From: Pelomyxa schiedti
Lineage: Eukaryota; Protista; Evosea
Assembly: GCA_020536535.1 (NCBI GenBank)
Contig: JAHLWZ010000276.1
Location: 1 to 64,000 of the forward strand
Reading direction: 5' to 3'
Length of the DNA: 64,000 nt
Position numbers and translations under genes: made by a program. The notes under the pieces were generated by a model that was not told the origin of the DNA, did not search any database, and saw nothing but the letters and a program-made list of their open reading frames with translations. This document shows, piece by piece, positions 58,505-64,000 of the stretch. Numbering within the stretch: position 1 is the first letter of the stretch; each line of letters starts with the position of its first letter.

Positions 58505-61050
58505 ATGGACCGACACCGTAACACCAAGAACAAGCCCCACACAAAGAAAAACAACGAGAGCGAGAGCGACAATGAGCGTGCCTGCGACGATGACACCGCG
58601 AGCGAGATACAGCCCCACAAAGACGACGACGCGGCGAGGCGCAGCGCCGCCGCCACGGATACTGAGAAAGGAGGCGCCGACAAGGAGCGTATGGCCCCGA
58701 CGTCGGGGAAGGCAGTCCCCACAACAAAAACAACAAATACAACGTCCACCACATCATCAACAACAAGCACGCCGACGCAACTACGCAAGAGCGCCACCAA
58801 GGCCGCGACGCAGCCACGCAAGTCTCACGCCCGCAGCAGCAGCGCCGCAACCAAAGTGATGACGACTACGATGACAAAGATGAGCGCTGAAATTGCAGAG
58901 GAGCCCGACTGCTCCGGGTCCGAGCCTGAAGTCGAGACCATCTACCGTCGGGTCAAGGTTTTCCATAGACTGTGCCAGCTGATCATTGCGCCGAATCACC
59001 GGATACCAGATGGTCCGGTCTTGGAGACGGCCACTTGGGACAAATTGGTGTCTGGGATCAGGAATACCAGGGATATTGTCGATAACTGGGTGGCCAACAC
59101 TAAGGGTGTCAACATCGCAGATGAGCTTGCACTCTGGGCCAGGGAATCTAATTACGTGCTCCCTGAGGAACTCCTCGACCACTACGCGCCCGATGTTTGG
59201 AATGGGAGGTACGCTGATCAACGTCAAACAAAAGAAGAAACTCAAGCCAAGGCACCCAAAAAAAAGACCGCGTACAAAGCCCCCAAAGACCCTTTGCTGG
59301 TACCAACAAAAACCTCCCTTGTCCTCGAGGTAGGTATAAGGTTGCACCTTGCGGGGCTCTTCGACATCGACGCCGTACCCCAGGCAGAGCCAGCAGCACC
59401 AGCACATCGCGCCTTGGTTGAAGTTCATGATGTTGGCCCCGCCACGAGCCCTGTTATAGAGCCACCGGCAGTTCTTCCACTCAGTGATCAAGACCCACAG
59501 AGCGGCGACGCTGTGGAGAGTGTGGATGTCACTATGGAGGAGGCACAGAGTGAGGTTGTGGGTGGGAGTGGGGGAGAGAGCGAGGGCGCGGAAGCGGGGA
59601 ATGTGGAGAGGATTGCACCGCCAATGCTTTCAGCAGTGGGCTCCATTCATGCCAAGGAACCAGAGGCTAATGGTTTTGCGCCGCAGCAACCTCCTATTTG
59701 GAATGCACATGCACTGCCTACAATTGATAGACGTGATATTAACTATGAGGAAAGACATCCTATTGGTGCGGGAACCCTCGGAACAGTTTATAAAGGTACA
59801 TTTCGGTTCCCATGTGACTATTACAACAACTTATATTTCCCAACAGCAACTCTTCGACAACATGTTAATACAGACATTGCCATCAAAGTCATGAATAAGA
59901 TTAGCCACAGCGAAACCACCAGGATTGCTGAGATCCTACAGTAAGCTTAACACCCTCAGATTTCGATATACTAACAACAAGGCAGCAATTTCAATCACGA
60001 AAACATTTTGAAATTCCTTGGCATGTGCCCAGCCGTTCAATATGGCCAATTTGATTACCTTGTTTTTGAACTGATGAAATGTAACCTGGCGACAATCTTA
60101 CACTCGAATCAGGCTCAGTTGGAGTACCGCGGGAAATTACAATTGACTGCCGGAATGGTATCTCCAATTGTGGTGAAAATCTGTGTTACTAACACACATC
60201 TGTAGCTTCGTGGATTGAATTATCTACATAGCCTCCTCGTTATCCATGGGTTGATTAATAAAATAACAAATATTAGATAAGTCTTTACCTTCTTTCTAGC
60301 AACTTGAAATCAGAAAACTGTCTTGTTGATGATAACTTCGTTTTAAAAGTTTGTTGTACCTGGTACCTCCTTCCATCATAACCCATAACTAGATCTGCGA
60401 TTTCGGTTCTGGTGAAATCAGATTGAGAGATTATTACGAACTGGCTCGTACATTACCTCATACAGAATGTGCCTTCCCTCTAGTTTTAGTGACCCGCCAA
60501 ACTCACAAAAAGCAATTTAGGGACAGGGGCACCAGAAGTGCCATTCAACAAACACTTTTCCTTCTCTTCTGATATGTACGCAACCGAAATTATGTTTTCC
60601 TTTATTTCACTGACAACACCACAAAACCTCAACAAAGGTTCGACGCCGGCAGAGTAATGCACGAAATCTTTACAGAAGGGCCAGAACCAAAATTTGTGTT
60701 CAGGAAGTTTGGTTTTCTAGAAGATTTTGATTCAAAAAACCCATCTGCCCCTCCTACCTTGGTAAGTCTTCATGTATTCTGCCACGAGTAATAACAGATT
60801 CCAGAATTCCGTGGTGGAACACTGTGGCAGTGCAAACCCTTCTGTGGTGTGTTCATACACTTTCCTGTTCTTCACTGATCCAATCCCGACAGAGGCCAGC
60901 TGTAAGGATGCACTGAGTGAAATCGAAAAGATTTTAATGTGGGTGCTGGACTCTGTAGATGTCCCAGTACCCATGTGGACATCAATAGTTGTTCATGATG
61001 AAGGAACCTCAATAACCACTATGAGTACGAACAGCAGCACTGCCTCATGA
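58505..61050 (+). CDS. TKL-like protein kinase, probable pseudokinase
   Basis: IGAGTLGTVYK, IAIK, HENILKFLG, HG|NLKSENCL, ICDFG, APE; long low-complexity N-terminus. Confidence 0.78.
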
Positions 61051-62113
61051 AATTCTGACACAAGATTAAAACCTTGTTGGGAAAAAAAAAGAAATAACCA
61101 ATAATAGTTGCGATTATGTTTCTCACTTAAAAGAAACTAGGTGGTGCTTTTATGAACGTGGGTTTAATATTTTCCAACCAATCAATGTAGGCATGGTTGT
61201 AAGTTTAATTAATTATTAAATTGATACCAACTGTCAAGTGTCTACTGGAGTTTCACTGTAAGAGGGCAAGCTAGTGATTGTGGGAGATCTTGGTAATGTG
61301 GTACAATAATATCGCAGCATATCACAGATGCACATTCTGCATGCCATTTAAAATTAGTTTCCATTTCAAATTGAAACTAGGGTTCGGGGCTCCCACAGGT
61401 CCTATGAAAGGAAAAAAAGTGGTGGTCAAAGCACAGTAGCAAATGGGATTCGAAAATGTTGCTTTGAAGAAGATGAAGTGAGGGAGACCACAAGACGATA
61501 TACGAACCTGTCTTTGCCTTTCTGAGTTGTTTAGACACGCATGCGCACACGCAGCACACACAGGGGAATGAGAATGATGATACCTGCTTGCTCTTGGCTC
61601 CGCTTCCGCATCTGCATTTGCGGCCGTACCACTCGGCCTACACCACTCACCTTCTGCGTCCTACGCACCTCAACAACCCCGATGTGCGTCAGACACAGCG
61701 GCATTACACCAGGCGCCGTTCACGGACTGCGAGAATGTTGATTCCGTACCGTACAACGCATCACCGAAAGATTGACGCAGCTGGATACTCTGCTGTGTAG
61801 AAGTAGAACGTTGTGGTGTTGCTTGATGGCCTGCTGGTCAGACTGTACTCACTATCCCATAAGTACATCTCATAAAAAAATCGGAGGTCCTTCTGGTGAC
61901 CCTCTGCAGATCAAAACTGGGAAGCATACTCCCCCAAACTTAAGGTTTCAATGTACATTGCATTGAAATGATGTAAGACCACTTCTTTGGCATTTATTCA
62001 GTGTCTCAATGACTCTTGGCAAAAAATCTGTACCAAACACACAGGAGGTTTTTGAAAAAATAAACACCATCAGTATTTTTAGCAGTAGTAACAGGGTACT
62101 ATCTCATCCAGGC

Positions 62114-62425
62114 ACAGTGCAAACGGGAAAAGCTAGCCCGAGGGCGGCTTGGATATCCCTGGAACTGGGGGCTATCTCATCCAGGCTGGTTACACCGATG
62201 GACAAAAGGAAGGAAGCGGCTCGGTTCCTTCGCAGTGGATCTTCTTAGCAGAAAAAAAGGCTGCCGTGCTGAACCAAGTGAACGGTGACAGTGCAAACGG
62301 GAAAAGCTAGCCCGAGGGCGCCTTGGATATCCCTGGCCATACCTCACCCATGTATGCAGTCCTGCCTGTTACTACAGGCTGTACTGTACAGGACAGTTAC
62401 CGTGATGGACAAGAGGAAGGAAACA
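62114..62425 (+). repeat. Degenerate direct duplication
   Basis: cagtgcaaacgggaaaagctagcccgagggcg.cttggatatccctgg occurs at 62114 and 62289; atggacaa.aggaaggaa occurs at ~62198 and ~62405. Confidence 0.75.
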
Positions 62426-62608
62426 ATTCTCATCCTTTGTAGTGCCAAAAAACAACCCTCAACCACAGCAACCAAAGCAGACTGTGACACAGTGTTTTAT
62501 TCAGAGTTTCACCACTACAACAATTGACCCTGATTGATAAAGGGCAGCAAGCAGCTAAGAGATTTAGTCTGTAGGGATGAAGGGGTGTAGTGTACCCTGG
62601 TGAGTCCA

Positions 62609-64000
62609 CATATCTGGATCAGTGGGCGGTGATTTTTTTCCCTATCAAAAAGTGTATCATCACCGCCCAAAATCACCACCCGGGCGGTGATTTTGGGCGG
62701 TGATGATACACTTTTTGCAGTCAAATCAGATCACCGCCCCAGGCGGTGGTCAAGCACATAAGCCAGTCAGTAAAATCACTGCCCTGGGTTTAACCAAAAG
62801 AAAAAAACTTTTTTTTAGGTTGTTCTTAATCTAACTCAATATTTAACAGTGCTGAGGGGTTAAGCTTTGGGCTAAACAAGGAGTACAAAGCTAACATGTT
62901 GTTCCTTGTGGTGTTCCACCTTTGGTGTATGTCATCTATTGCAATACAGTGCTCAAGGCTATTGTACCAAACTAGAACTTTGCTCATTGGTGTGACATGG
63001 GTTGTCCTGACTTACAGAGTCACTTGCACAAAGAGAAGGAGTATCTTCATTCAAAAAGTCTTCTGGTAACTGAACATCAACCACCTGTTTCAAATTTACC
63101 ATCAATTTATTGGAGAAAGAATTAGACAAGTGCAGCAACAGGTGCAGCGACGGGTGTGGTGATGGATGTGACGACGGGTGTGGTGACGGGTGCGGCAATG
63201 GGTGCGGCGACGGGTGTGGCGATGGGTGTGGTGATGGTTGTGGCGACGGTTGTGGCGATGGGTGCAAGGTTTACCTCTTTGTATTTTTCAATTGAATTCA
63301 CAGACAGCAAAGAAGAACTTGATGAGTTTCTATCACCAGAGTTGTCACTATCAACATTTATGACATCTACACAACATTAATATATTAAAATCAAGGCTGC
63401 ATTACCATCATCTTCTGATGAAAAGGCTTCATCATCCAAGCTGGAAACAGGGTAATCCCTTGGTGATCCAAAATGTTGAAGTGAGGTTGAGGGTGCATGT
63501 CTATGTGGTACACGAAGAGCATGTGAATGTTTAGGTTTTTTAGGTTCTGGTGGCTGAATTGATTTTGAAGATTTGGGTTTTTTGGTTTTATATTTTGAAG
63601 GTTTTTTTTGTTGATTTTGGGGGTATGTTTCTTTTTGGTTGAGAGGAAGCAGGTGCTGCTGATTGTTTGTTAGCTAAAGGGGACAACACTGTAGTAGTGT
63701 GTGTGGCACCTGTTGGTAGCAATCCAGTTGAAGTACCCTTTGTTGCACCCATCCTCACCACACCCGTCGCCACAGTTGTCGCCGCACCTGTTGCCGCCAT
63801 CGTCGCCGCCATCGTCGCCGCCACCGTTGCCACCATCGTCGCCGCCATCGTCGCCGCACCCGTCGCCACCATCGTCGCCGCACCCGTCGCTGCCATCGTC
63901 GCCGCACTCGTCACCACACCTGTCGCTGCACTTGTCACCAATGTTGTAGCTCCCCCCATGGCAGCCACCACACATTTCGCTGCCGCACCAGTCGCCACCA
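62609..64000 (-). mobile_element. Internally deleted non-autonomous copy of the RAG1/Transib-like element (runs off window)
   Basis: Colinear patches match 15918-16150, 16351-16436, 18870-18914 and 18983-19103, then the copy continues into sequence missing from copy 1. Confidence 0.92.
63130..64000. repeat. Two oppositely oriented 12-bp minisatellite blocks (GGCGACGGGTGY)n
   Basis: 63140-63266 reads ggcgacgggtgt..; 63745-64000 reads the complement ..cacccgtcgcc. Confidence 0.8.

Noticed and set aside
63110-63975. Cys-Gly-Asp-Gly repeat ORFs (metallothionein-like)
   Set aside because: These are translations of 12-bp minisatellites that are open in most frames, and one block is intronic.

Overview
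Intron-rich, gene-dense eukaryotic DNA. The short GT-AG introns, expanded degenerate ankyrin-like and Rho families and overall style suggest a free-living amoebozoan such as the archamoeba Pelomyxa (inference only). There are two N gaps (3475-3574, 19104-19203). Housekeeping genes: SEC61G, BAP31-like, eIF3i, TRAPPC2L, a PIG-O/G-like gene, an STE-type kinase, a RhoGEF-RhoGAP and a MYND protein. The most notable feature is a DNA transposon (15918 to the gap at 19103, with an internally deleted second copy at 62609-64000). Its spliced gene joins a BAH-like chromatin-reader domain and a coiled coil to a RAG1/Transib-type DDE + Zn core, and its end carries palindromic subterminal repeats instead of an RSS heptamer. 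Other unusual genes: a Rho GTPase-Kelch-F-box fusion; a CS-SH3-SH3-pseudoglutaminase; an intron-containing bacterial-type homospermidine synthase with a PTS2-like motif next to a NifS/IscS-like enzyme lacking its catalytic Cys loop; and a mosaic three-gene ankyrin-like tandem array. Two non-autonomous TIR element families are also present. All exon models and domain calls were made by eye from remembered family motifs and need HMM or RNA-seq confirmation.
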